From an uncultured bacterium (GTDB lineage: Bacteria; Babelota; Babeliae; Babelales; Babelaceae), in NCBI GenBank assembly GCA_963717435.1, contig OY970332.1, positions 928,001-992,000 of the forward strand: DNA of 64,000 nt, read 5' to 3'. The first letter of the stretch is position 1. Every line of letters starts with the position of its first letter. Below, piece after piece: positions 28,427-37,703 of the stretch. The notes beneath the pieces are model-generated. The model ran no database searches. It was not told where the DNA came from and was given only the letters and a program-made list of their open reading frames with translations. The translations under genes were made by a program, and so were the position numbers.

Positions 28427-30247
28427 ATGAAAGATATTAATTTCAATAAGTTCAAGGGCGGTCCTCGTAATTTTTTATTGCTACTTATAATTTTAGCAGC
28501 AGGTATTGTTGTTCTTACAAAGTTAACTGACTTTACCAAGCTAAGACGTAGCATAAGTTACTCATCTTTTTTAAAGCATGTAGAAGATAATAAAGTTGAT
28601 ACTGTTCATGTAATAGGCCAAGAGGCTGTTGGAAAACTAAAAGATGGCAGTTATTTTGAAACTGTTATTGCTGATAGACCACAAAACTGGGATCTAATGA
28701 AAGAGCATGGGGTTAACTTTTCAGTTGCACCTGCTTCAACCCAATTTACATTCTGGCATATCTTATTGTTACTAGCTTTTTTGGTTGCACCAATAGCAGT
28801 CTGGTTTTTCTTGCGCCAAACTCGTAACCAAAATGGTGGCGGTGGGAGCGGGAACATTTTTAGTATGTCTAAAAGCAAAGCTAAAATGTTCATGCCATCT
28901 CAAATTAAGACAAATTTTAATTCTGTTGCCGGCGTTGAAGAAGCAAAAGAAGAACTTGCTGACGTTGTAGATTTTCTTAAAAATCCTGATAAATACAAAA
29001 GACTTGGTGCAAAATTAACAAAAGGCGTGCTGCTTATCGGTGAACCAGGTAACGGTAAAACTTTACTTGCTAAAGCTGTAGCCGGTGAAGCAAATTGCCC
29101 ATTTTTTAGTATCAGCGGCTCAGACTTTATAGAAGTTTTTGTTGGTGTTGGTGCTGCAAGAGTAAGAGATCTTTTTGCTCAGGCCCGCAAATATTCCCCA
29201 TGTATTATTTTTATTGATGAAATCGATGCTGTTGGTCGTCATAGAGGTAGTGGTCTAGGTGGTGGTCACGATGAACGTGAACAAACATTAAATCAGTTGC
29301 TTACAGAAATGGACGGCTTTGATACCGGTAATTCTGCAATTGTTGTTATCGCGGCAACAAACAGACCTGACGTTCTTGATAAAGCTTTATTAAGACCTGG
29401 CAGATTTGATCGTCAAGTTCATGTGCCGTATCCTGATTTGAAAAGTCGTGAAGCAATATTAAAGGTTCATGGCAAAGATGTAAAAATGGCACCGAATATA
29501 GATTATCAAAAAATCGCTCGTGGAACCCCAGGGTTTACCGGCGCTGATTTGGCTAACCTAATTAACGAAGCTGCTATAGTTGCATCTAAATTGGATAAAG
29601 CTGAAGTTACTATGGAAGATATTGACGAAGCACGCGATAAACTTATGATCGGTAAAAAGATCAAGTCTAAGATTCTTTCAGATGAAGAACGTAAAGTAAC
29701 AGCTTATCATGAGGCTGGTCACGCACTTGCGATATTGTTGCAACCTGGCGAGGTTGACCCGTTACATAAGATTACAATAGCCCCTAGAGGTGGTGCACTT
29801 GGCGTAACCCACTACTTGCCTGAAAGAGAAAAGTTTATTGTAACCAGAGAAAATATGATGGCGGATATAGTTAGATCTGTTGGCGGTCGTGCTGCTGAAG
29901 AGATAATCTTTAATGTTCTATCAACTGGCGCTTACAGTGATTTCAAAACTGCGACAAGTATCGCTCGTTCTATGATCTGTAACTACGGCATGTCTGAAAA
30001 GCTTGGCCATGTTGTTTATAAACAAGACGAGCATCATCAACTATCTGGGCACACTTTGAGACTTATCGAAGAAGAGATTAAAAACATAGTCGACGAGTGT
30101 TACAAAAAAGCTTTAGATTTGTTAAAAGCAAATCGCGACAAGCTTGATAAGTTGGCAACAACTTTACTTGATAAAGAAACGCTAGAAGCACAAGAGGTTT
30201 ATGAACTTTTGGATATCGCACCAAGAGAACAGCATAAGCTTGTTTAA
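28427..30247 (+). CDS. ftsH: ATP-dependent zinc metalloprotease FtsH
   Basis: Two TMs, [19 protein letters not shown] and HEAGH. Confidence 0.98.
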   Translation: MKDINFNKFKGGPRNFLLLLIILAAGIVVLTKLTDFTKLRRSISYSSFLKHVEDNKVDTVHVIGQEAVGKLKDGSYFETVIADRPQNWDLMKEHGVNFSVAPASTQFTFWHILLLLAFLVAPIAVWFFLRQTRNQNGGGGSGNIFSMSKSKAKMFMPSQIKTNFNSVAGVEEAKEELADVVDFLKNPDKYKRLGAKLTKGVLLIGEPGNGKTLLAKAVAGEANCPFFSISGSDFIEVFVGVGAARVRDLFAQARKYSPCIIFIDEIDAVGRHRGSGLGGGHDEREQTLNQLLTEMDGFDTGNSAIVVIAATNRPDVLDKALLRPGRFDRQVHVPYPDLKSREAILKVHGKDVKMAPNIDYQKIARGTPGFTGADLANLINEAAIVASKLDKAEVTMEDIDEARDKLMIGKKIKSKILSDEERKVTAYHEAGHALAILLQPGEVDPLHKITIAPRGGALGVTHYLPEREKFIVTRENMMADIVRSVGGRAAEEIIFNVLSTGAYSDFKTATSIARSMICNYGMSEKLGHVVYKQDEHHQLSGHTLRLIEEEIKNIVDECYKKALDLLKANRDKLDKLATTLLDKETLEAQEVYELLDIAPREQHKLV

Positions 30248-30273
30248 ATTAGTATAAAATTGGTAAAACTAAG

Positions 30274-30294
30274 GGGCCGGAATTTATCCGGCCC
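30274..30294 (+). terminator. GGCCGG hairpin after ftsH
   Basis: GGGCCGGA-ATTTA-TCCGGCCC. Confidence 0.5.
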
Positions 30295-30327
30295 TTATTA
30301 TTAATATTTTTTCTAGAGTGAGTAGTT

Positions 30328-31122
30328 ATGGAGCAAATTAATCTAAATAAATTGGTTCTTGATGTCGAACAAGTTATAACCCAGGCTGGGGACATTTTGC
30401 TCTCCCATTTCAGAAAAGAGACGAAACGGGTCGATAAAGCAAATGGGCAGGGTTTTGTGACTGAAGCAGACACTGTTTCTGAACAGTTTTTGATAGAGAA
30501 TTTAACAAAGCTTTTCCCCCAAGCCAGTATTTACGCAGAAGAATCAGGTAAATCGGGTAAATCTGTGGATGGCTACTGCTGGGTTATTGATCCACTGGAT
30601 GGCACAACCAATTTTGCTTACGGCATCCCATACTTTTCTATCTCAATCGCGCTTACCCATAATAATATCCCCATTTTGGGAGTAGTTTATGACCCCATAA
30701 CAAAAGATTTATTTACGGCTATTTCGGGTAACGGCACATACTTGAATAAGCAAAAAATACAGGTTTCGAAGATCAATAAGCTTGAAAAGGCATGCCTGCT
30801 TTTGTCTGTCCCTTATGTAAAAGATCATGATTATGAAAAATTACTTAAAGTGGCCAACATAATCGATATGAAATCTTTTGTTACCCGCCAACTTGGGTCG
30901 GTAGTCTTAGATGCAGCTTATGTCGCCTGCGGCCGTGTCGATGGGTACTATTTTAATAATTTAGCCTGGTGGGATGTCGCTGCTGGCATGTTACTAATTC
31001 AGGAAGCTGGCGGGCTTGTTACAGACTTTTCAGGCGGCCCAATAATCCCTGGGTATAAAACCTGCGTCGGCGCCAACCCCCAAATTTACGGCCAAATTAA
31101 GTCTATCTTGGCAGGTTATTAG
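30328..31122 (+). CDS. suhB: Inositol monophosphatase family protein (SuhB)
   Basis: FVTEAD, WVIDPLDGTTNF and WDVAAGMLLIQEAGG. Confidence 0.92.
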   Translation: MEQINLNKLVLDVEQVITQAGDILLSHFRKETKRVDKANGQGFVTEADTVSEQFLIENLTKLFPQASIYAEESGKSGKSVDGYCWVIDPLDGTTNFAYGIPYFSISIALTHNNIPILGVVYDPITKDLFTAISGNGTYLNKQKIQVSKINKLEKACLLLSVPYVKDHDYEKLLKVANIIDMKSFVTRQLGSVVLDAAYVACGRVDGYYFNNLAWWDVAAGMLLIQEAGGLVTDFSGGPIIPGYKTCVGANPQIYGQIKSILAGY

Positions 31123-31161
31123 GCCCCATACGTCTTTGATATTTTACAAGATTCACGATTG

Positions 31162-31229
31162 CGGCGCTCGCCCTGAGTGTTTTTCGTAGCTCTTCAGAGC
31201 GCAGAAAAATGTATCGAATGGGTGCGCCG
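31162..31229. repeat. Family A repeat copy
   Basis: CGCTCGCCCTGAGTG-TTTTT-CGTAGCTCTTCAGAGCGCAG-AAAAA-TGTATCGAATGGG. Confidence 0.8.
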
Positions 31230-31343
31230 GGAAATATCCAGTATCACATAAATTGCCAATATTAGTTATTTTTGGTAAATTTATTATTCCCAGTTGTAAA
31301 AATTATAAAAATTAAAGATCTTATCTTATTTATCACAGGTTTT

Positions 31344-31691
31344 ATGAATATTAAAAATTATTTTCATGTATTAGTTCTTATCTGTTTTTTATCTAGCTTT
31401 TCAGGCGCATTTTCCCATGGGCCAGAATCCACAGTTGTTAAGCATCAGGCTGAATTGGTTAAAGAAAAACTACAAGCAATGCATAAAAGCGGCAATCACG
31501 GGGCTACCGAGCTTCATGCTGCAGTTATGGTTCATGCTTTTGATTGGATAAAATGCTGGGTACAACTAAATATAAATAAACCTGGATTTTGCTCTCTTAT
31601 TAGACAAAGAGATAGTTATTCGTTAACCCCGTACCATCTGGCTAACTATGTGCTGGCTCCCGATATAGCAGAATACTTGGCTAGATACTAA
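31344..31691 (+). CDS. Small exported protein with ankyrin-like motifs
   Basis: Signal peptide; GATELHAAV and LTPYHLA. Confidence 0.55.
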   Translation: MNIKNYFHVLVLICFLSSFSGAFSHGPESTVVKHQAELVKEKLQAMHKSGNHGATELHAAVMVHAFDWIKCWVQLNINKPGFCSLIRQRDSYSLTPYHLANYVLAPDIAEYLARY

Positions 31692-31803
31692 AATATTTGA
31701 GATATTAAGTTTATTGTAATTGAAAAAGTTGCTATTTATAGTATAATTTTAAGTAAATTAGACTTGAAATTATAGATTCGTCGTCCAGAAAGGTTTTAAA
31801 TTT

Positions 31804-32004
31804 ATGTCACGTATATGCTGTGTCTGCGACAAAAGGCCCCAAGTTGCCAACATGGTCAGCCACGCAAAAAATAGAGTAAAAAAGATGGTTTATCCAAACG
31901 TTCATAGAATGCGTTTTGTGATGCCACATTCCGGATCTGAAGTTCACGCTGGAAATGTGTGCACAAAGTGTGTTAAGGCTCGTAAGGTACAAAAAGTAAT
32001 TTAA
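31804..32004 (+). CDS. rpmB: 50S ribosomal protein L28 (Cys-containing form)
   Basis: MSRICCVC...VSHAKN...PNV...VCTKC. Confidence 0.93.
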   Translation: MSRICCVCDKRPQVANMVSHAKNRVKKMVYPNVHRMRFVMPHSGSEVHAGNVCTKCVKARKVQKVI

Positions 32005-32016
32005 TTGGGAATTTCG

Positions 32017-32289
32017 ATGGCAAATACAAAATCAGCTAAAAAAGCCGCAAAGCAATCTGAAGTTAGAAGAAAGCAAAACCTATCACGTAAGACAGCAATC
32101 AAAACAGCTATCAAAAAAGTTGTTGCTGCTATCGACGAAGGTGCGGATTATTCAGTAACTCAAGAACTATTGAGCGACGTTGCTGCTAAGCTTGCAAGAG
32201 CAAAAAGCAAAAAAGTAATTCATGCAAATACAGCTTCAAGAAAGCTTTCAAGACTAGCTTTAAGAATTAATAAATCTCAAGCTAAGTAA
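32017..32289 (+). CDS. rpsT: 30S ribosomal protein S20
   Basis: MANTKSAKK...IHANTASRKLSRL. Confidence 0.95.
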   Translation: MANTKSAKKAAKQSEVRRKQNLSRKTAIKTAIKKVVAAIDEGADYSVTQELLSDVAAKLARAKSKKVIHANTASRKLSRLALRINKSQAK

Positions 32290-32302
32290 AAAGCAATAAA
32301 TT

Positions 32303-32330
32303 AAAGCTCTCAAAACTGGGAGCTTTTTTT
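32303..32330 (+). terminator. Intrinsic terminator after rpsT
   Basis: AAAGCTCTC/GGGAGCTTT stem followed by a T-run. Confidence 0.7.
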
Positions 32331-32371
32331 ATGCCAATTTTTTAAGTAAAAATAAATTAGAGTTAATTTAA

Positions 32372-33769
32372 CTACTCAAAATATTTTCTAAATAGTTCAT
32401 TTGAAAATATGCCATTGGGGTCATATTTTTTCTTAGTATTAAGAAATTCTTGAAAGTTTGGATAAGCCGATAAAAGTTGATCTTTACGGGCGCTTAAGAG
32501 ATATGGTAAATAAAAAGAACCACCGCATTTAATGGCTTGATCTATAAGCTCTTGTGTCCATTGTTGAGTAGCATCTTTGCCGTATTGCATGTTTAAGATA
32601 TTAATATAAAGCACAAAAGAGAAAGAATCCTGTTGCGCATAAGACAACAACGATTCAGAGTTCTTTTTGACATATCTTATAGAACAGTTCAGCACGTTTA
32701 CGTTGTAATAATTAATAATCTTTCTTAACTCATCCACAAAGTTATCAAATTGATCGCAAGGGATAAAATATTCTTGCAAAATGTGACTTGTGGGGAAAGC
32801 TATCAATGGTTCCAAAGACTTGGTATCCTCGGCCATAACAAAATTTCGCATAGCAACCTGAGTATTATTCAGAACTTTGGGCTCCAGACCCGCTCGCCAT
32901 TCTCTGGCTTTGCTTACCCTGCGTAGAATTTGTAATCCTACCAATTCAGCAAAATAAAGCTTTTCAGGATCCCTAAATCTATCTCTAGTTGTTAGTGGTT
33001 CGTCTGTTTTTTTCCAGGCAATACTTAGAACCTCATTGAATTGATTCGGGTAAAGATTCCCGTTATGAAGCACTATATCCGGACGGTTTTGTATGTTTTC
33101 TTCAAAGAATTTTTTATAATCTTTTACGTCTATTAGCCTAACCTCACGATAGATTTTAACATTTTCTGTCAGGTTCAGAGTTGCCTCGACAATGATCCCC
33201 ATATAGCCATACCCACCAATAGCGGCCCTAAAAATGTCATAATTTTCTTGGCGACTTGCGGTTATTAAAGATCCATCAGCCAATATGATTTTTATAGATT
33301 CTACGGTTGAAATAAGCTGACTACTTGTACCCTGTCTTCCATGAACGTTTACGCTAAGGGATCCACCCACAGAGAAGTTATAATAAGACTGCATAGATTG
33401 TATAGACAAATTATACGGGTCTATGTGCTCTATAATCTGTTTCCAGGTGGCCCCAGCTCGTACCGTTATCTTTTTATTGAAAACATCCAGCTTAAGAATA
33501 GAGTTGAACTTACGCATATCTACAACTATACCGTCTTTATACGCAGTTTGCCCGCCTTGGCTATACCCTGCGCCCCAAATAGATACTTTTTGCTTTTTCA
33601 ATGTGGCTTCACGAACAACATCTTGTATTTCATTGATGCAAGTTGGTTTTACTATCTTTTGAACCGGCGTACTTGTAATACTTGCCCAATCAACAACCTT
33701 ATCTGCAGGTAATAGAGCAAATACAGGTATTATTAAAGAAAATATTAGTTTTTTATTAAAAATAGACAT
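32372..33769 (-). CDS. FAD-binding oxidoreductase (VAO/ALO-like) with signal peptide
   Basis: GAGYSQGGQ, FSVGGSLSVNVHG, AIGGYGYMGII and KYDPNGIFSN. Confidence 0.85.
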   Translation of the reverse strand: MSIFNKKLIFSLIIPVFALLPADKVVDWASITSTPVQKIVKPTCINEIQDVVREATLKKQKVSIWGAGYSQGGQTAYKDGIVVDMRKFNSILKLDVFNKKITVRAGATWKQIIEHIDPYNLSIQSMQSYYNFSVGGSLSVNVHGRQGTSSQLISTVESIKIILADGSLITASRQENYDIFRAAIGGYGYMGIIVEATLNLTENVKIYREVRLIDVKDYKKFFEENIQNRPDIVLHNGNLYPNQFNEVLSIAWKKTDEPLTTRDRFRDPEKLYFAELVGLQILRRVSKAREWRAGLEPKVLNNTQVAMRNFVMAEDTKSLEPLIAFPTSHILQEYFIPCDQFDNFVDELRKIINYYNVNVLNCSIRYVKKNSESLLSYAQQDSFSFVLYINILNMQYGKDATQQWTQELIDQAIKCGGSFYLPYLLSARKDQLLSAYPNFQEFLNTKKKYDPNGIFSNELFRKYFE

Positions 33770-33956
33770 ATGACCCCCATAAATTATCATTATGTAATTA
33801 ATTATGACAACTCAGATTTAACTGTCAAAAGCCCCCTCCTGCGCCTATCCACGCCTTACGGCTTGGCAGGCTCCGAAGGGCGGGCCCTCTATACCATTTG
33901 ACGAGTTATTCAAATAGAATAATATTAAATATATTGGGGCAAATTGGGGTTAACAA

Positions 33957-34817
33957 ATGAAAAATTTATTAAAAAAATTAGCTGTATTCTTTTGGTCTGG
34001 ATCTGAGACCAATTCTCTCGATAATGCGCAGAATAAAAATTCTAAAAAAACAAGCCGCTATCGTCCTCAAAGAACCAGAAATATTTATAGCAATTCTGAA
34101 TCTAAGATATACAGACTTAGTCGAAGTAAGCTTGAGCTTTTTTCACGGTGCCAAAGATGCTTTTATCTTGACCGAAAGCTTGGCGTTGGTCATCCGCCTT
34201 CATATCCATTTAATCTTAACATAGCTGTTGATGAACTACTTAAAAAAGAATTTGATACTTACAGATTTGAGCAAAAAACCCATCCATTTTTTATAGAAAA
34301 TAATATAGAGGCAGTTCCCTTTAAGCATGATGATATTAATAAATGGCGTGACTCACTTCATGCTGGAATTCAATATACTGTTCCAGGTACAAATATTATG
34401 CTTTATGGTGGTATTGATGATATATGGGTCAACACAAATACCAAAGAATTAATAGTAGTGGATTACAAAGCCACATCTAAAAAAGAGACGGTTTCGCTAG
34501 ATGCCGATTGGCAATCGGGCTATAAGCGACAAGCAGAAATCTATCAATGGCTCTTGCGCAAAAATGGTTTTGTTGTTTCTAATACTGCATATTTTGTTTA
34601 TTGCAATGGAAAAGCGAGTGCTGAAAAATTTGATAAGCAGTTGCAATTTGACGTTTCGCTGCTTCCATATGTTGGTGATGATTCATGGGTTGAAAATTCA
34701 ATAATAGAAGCTTATAAGTGCCTGCAGTCCGATGTTATTCCCCCAATCTCCGAATCATGCGATTATTGCCAATATTGGGAAGGTGTAAGAAGATGCTTAG
34801 AAAGGATATTATCGTGA
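33957..34817 (+). CDS. PD-(D/E)XK nuclease, Cas4/AddB-like
   Basis: LSRSKLELFSRCQRCFY, GGIDDIW, VVDYKAT, QAEIY and C-terminal CDYC. Confidence 0.85.
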   Translation: MKNLLKKLAVFFWSGSETNSLDNAQNKNSKKTSRYRPQRTRNIYSNSESKIYRLSRSKLELFSRCQRCFYLDRKLGVGHPPSYPFNLNIAVDELLKKEFDTYRFEQKTHPFFIENNIEAVPFKHDDINKWRDSLHAGIQYTVPGTNIMLYGGIDDIWVNTNTKELIVVDYKATSKKETVSLDADWQSGYKRQAEIYQWLLRKNGFVVSNTAYFVYCNGKASAEKFDKQLQFDVSLLPYVGDDSWVENSIIEAYKCLQSDVIPPISESCDYCQYWEGVRRCLERILS

Positions 34818-36310
34818 TATACTTAGGGATTTTTATTTTAACTTTGGTAATTATTTTGTCCTTCTTTAGAAAGAAGGTAGCTTTGTTCTGCAGTTTATGC
34901 ATTGAAAAAATCGATGGTCTGCTTGCTCAAGCCGAAGAAAAAACAGTGGAGGCATATACTCGTATAAAAATGGAAGAGGAGCTTTCCAAAATTGAAAAAG
35001 AAGTTAAAAGAAAAATAGAAAATTTTTCGTTTCATAGTGTTTTTGAACCAATGCAAGACGATCTAGATTGGCCCGACGTAAATATTCCACGGATGTCAGT
35101 CTCTGAGGCGCAAATTAAATTTATGCTTTCAAACAAATCTCTCAATGGTCCATGCGGAGTCAATTTACTGAAATTGCTGAATATCGGTTACTTGCCGACA
35201 TTTCCCAATTTACAAAATATAAATAATGGCAATTACGATCAAAGAATAAAAAAGATACAAAAACTCATAGAAGATGTTCGTTCAAAACCACTCGCGGAGA
35301 TAGAAAAGGCAAATAAGCTCAAAGAAGCATACAATATGAATCAACAATCTGCGATAGAGGAGGTCGTTAGATTGACTTTGCTTAGACATGCTGTCCCGGA
35401 GATTTTTCAGAAGAAAATAGATATTTTGTATGAAGCAGAAAGTCGGATTATTTTGGTTGTCTTAGAAATCCCCGATTTGTCGTCTATTTCAATTGTAAAG
35501 CGAAAGGCAGCGCGGTATTTCGGAGATTGGATCGAGGTGTCAGCCAAAGTTCAAAAAAAGTTGAAAGAAGATATATTGTATTCTCTTTGTATACGCGCAG
35601 GATATCTTGTAGCAAAATCAGATACCAAGAATTTTGATCTTGTTGCAATAAACGCTAAACAAAGTTGGTTTGATCCAGCTACGGGGGTGAAAAAAGAAGG
35701 GATAATTGCTTCTCTTCAGGCTTCTAAGGAAGACTTTCTTTCTCTTCAAATAGACCGCATCGAACCAAAGGCATGTTTTAGATATCTTAAAGGCGTTTCT
35801 ACACCATCCGTTGAAAATATCATGGCTATTAAGCCAATTTTTGATTTGAACATGAATGACCGAAGAATAATAGAGGGTAGAAATGTGAGCGACTCTTTAG
35901 ATCCTAATGCTAATTTAGCTGAGATGCCATGGGATGACTTTGAGCACTTGGTACGTCAATTATTTGAATGGGAATTTGGCAACAAGGGTATTGAGGTAAA
36001 AGTGACTTGCGCTTCTAGAGATCGTGGCGTGGATGCTATCATGTTTGATCCAGATCCTCTGAAAGGTGGCAAATATGTCTTGCAGGCTAAAAGATATACT
36101 AGAACAGTTGACGTAGCAGCAGTCAGGGATCTCTATGGTACAGTCGTGAATGAAGGAGCAAATCGCGGCATTTTGGTAACCACAAGCAGTTATGGTCCAG
36201 ATACATATGAATTTGCTAAGGATAAACCTATTTCATTGGTTGATGGACAGCATTTAGTTCAAATGCTAAAAAAACATGGAAAAAATTACCATATTCAATT
36301 TGAAAGGTAG
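34814..36310 (+). CDS. Mrr-type restriction endonuclease with N-terminal TM helix
   Basis: FEHLVRQLF, DRGVDA, LQAKRY, VRDLYG and GILVTTSSY; GTG start overlapping the upstream TGA, with AAGGA RBS. Confidence 0.85.
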   Translation: MIYLGIFILTLVIILSFFRKKVALFCSLCIEKIDGLLAQAEEKTVEAYTRIKMEEELSKIEKEVKRKIENFSFHSVFEPMQDDLDWPDVNIPRMSVSEAQIKFMLSNKSLNGPCGVNLLKLLNIGYLPTFPNLQNINNGNYDQRIKKIQKLIEDVRSKPLAEIEKANKLKEAYNMNQQSAIEEVVRLTLLRHAVPEIFQKKIDILYEAESRIILVVLEIPDLSSISIVKRKAARYFGDWIEVSAKVQKKLKEDILYSLCIRAGYLVAKSDTKNFDLVAINAKQSWFDPATGVKKEGIIASLQASKEDFLSLQIDRIEPKACFRYLKGVSTPSVENIMAIKPIFDLNMNDRRIIEGRNVSDSLDPNANLAEMPWDDFEHLVRQLFEWEFGNKGIEVKVTCASRDRGVDAIMFDPDPLKGGKYVLQAKRYTRTVDVAAVRDLYGTVVNEGANRGILVTTSSYGPDTYEFAKDKPISLVDGQHLVQMLKKHGKNYHIQFER

Positions 36311-36484
36311 ATTTTTAGTTTTTAAATCCTATTTTGAAACTTTCCAAGACACAGTTCTAAACAAAAAAATCTTCTGACCCTATTCTAAAAAATTGCTGAA
36401 TAATTTGTAAACCAAATTTAAACTATCTGTTATAATTATAAGGTAGTTTTAATATTATTTTGCCTGTTTTTTATAAAGGTTAGT

Positions 36485-36775
36485 ATGAAAATAAAATCTA
36501 TTGATTTGACAAAAATTGATAAACCAATTCATGAGGCAGTAGAGTTTCTTTCGATTCAAGAAATAGTTCAAAATCCAGATACTGAAGTGATTAACTTTTT
36601 CTATGAAAGTATATTGTTTGTCCAACAAATATTTAATGAGACTCTTGATCGTTTAAATGAAAGAGCGAAATCAGTTTTCAGTAGAACTTTTGAGAATAGC
36701 AACCTGAAGCAGATTGCTTTGATTTATCTAGATGAACAATTAAAACAGCATGAAGTCATTGTCTGGGTTAAATAA
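36485..36775 (+). CDS. Hypothetical protein
   Basis: 96-aa ORF with AAGG RBS; no recognised motif. Confidence 0.5.
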   Translation: MKIKSIDLTKIDKPIHEAVEFLSIQEIVQNPDTEVINFFYESILFVQQIFNETLDRLNERAKSVFSRTFENSNLKQIALIYLDEQLKQHEVIVWVK

Positions 36776-36837
36776 ATTTTTTATTTAACCCATTTTTAGG
36801 GCTGTATGAGTAATATTTTATTTATACAGCTCTGTTT

Positions 36838-36973
36838 TTATTTCTTAAATTTTTCTTCAAATTTATGCAAAATATCAGGGGTTTAGCTGGTTATTATCCA
36901 TAAGATGGAAATATTTAAGCATGAAGTCTTTTGCCATCATGATAGCGGGGCTGTGGAGCCGGCGTGTTCGACA
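36838..36973 (-). pseudogene. Relic diverged copy of the mrdA 3' end (about 45 codons, two 1-bp indels)
   Basis: Aligns to about 37704-37838, with many synonymous differences. Confidence 0.85.
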
Positions 36974-37099
36974 AGGACTGAGATTTATTGTTTCGTAATG
37001 TTTATAATATATGACGCCCAGCTTTCGCTAAAGCTTCAGTTGGCACGGACAGTCATTTTAAATAATTTATATAAAATATAGAATAGCAGCGGGGAGCTA

Positions 37100-37648
37100 A
37101 TGACAAATAAAAAGAAACCCAAAAGAATAAGTCATGATAAAGTTGATGAAAAAGCTATCATAATGCTATTTTTGACAGATAAGAAAGTATATGGCGAGCC
37201 TTATTACGCGCAAAATCATGAATATCCAGATTGCACTATTACTTCAGAGGGACTGTGCATTGAAGAGACATCTGTTCAACGATATGATGTTACTGAAACA
37301 CTAGATAAGAGCGCAATACGGAAAACATTTAAGATAAAATATAGAGACAAAAGCACTTTTATCTCTAAAATTAGAGAGGCTATTAATAGAAAACAAAATC
37401 ATAGGCCGTATAGCGAATTACCTAACAAATATAGCAGAAGAATATTGTTAGTTAGGATTAGTGGGCTTGGTTTGGATTGGAGACTTGATCCAGAGTATAT
37501 TTTTAATGCAGCCAATTTTTTGGATTTAGAATCAGGAATATTCAACGAAATATATCTTGTTATTTATCCATTAATCCCAACTAAAGAAGAAATTGATAAT
37601 AAGATATTTGAGCGACCTTTGCGGTCTGATTTTGTTAGAATTGTGTGA
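37100..37648 (+). CDS. Hypothetical protein, possible PD-(D/E)XK fold
   Basis: GGGGAG RBS; EYPDC...LCIEET pattern. Confidence 0.5.
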   Translation: MTNKKKPKRISHDKVDEKAIIMLFLTDKKVYGEPYYAQNHEYPDCTITSEGLCIEETSVQRYDVTETLDKSAIRKTFKIKYRDKSTFISKIREAINRKQNHRPYSELPNKYSRRILLVRISGLGLDWRLDPEYIFNAANFLDLESGIFNEIYLVIYPLIPTKEEIDNKIFERPLRSDFVRIV

Positions 37649-37703
37649 ATTATGAAAGCCACCGGAGGCATTTAATTATTCCGGCTGTTGATGATTTAAA
37701 ACT

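Noticed and set aside
33957-34817. Cas4 as evidence of a CRISPR-Cas locus
   Set aside because: No cas1/cas2 or array in the window; stand-alone Cas4-like nucleases are common
36989-37016. Possible dif site (TGTTTCGTAA TGTTTA TAATATATGAC)
   Set aside because: The putative XerD arm matches the TTATGTTAAAT consensus poorly
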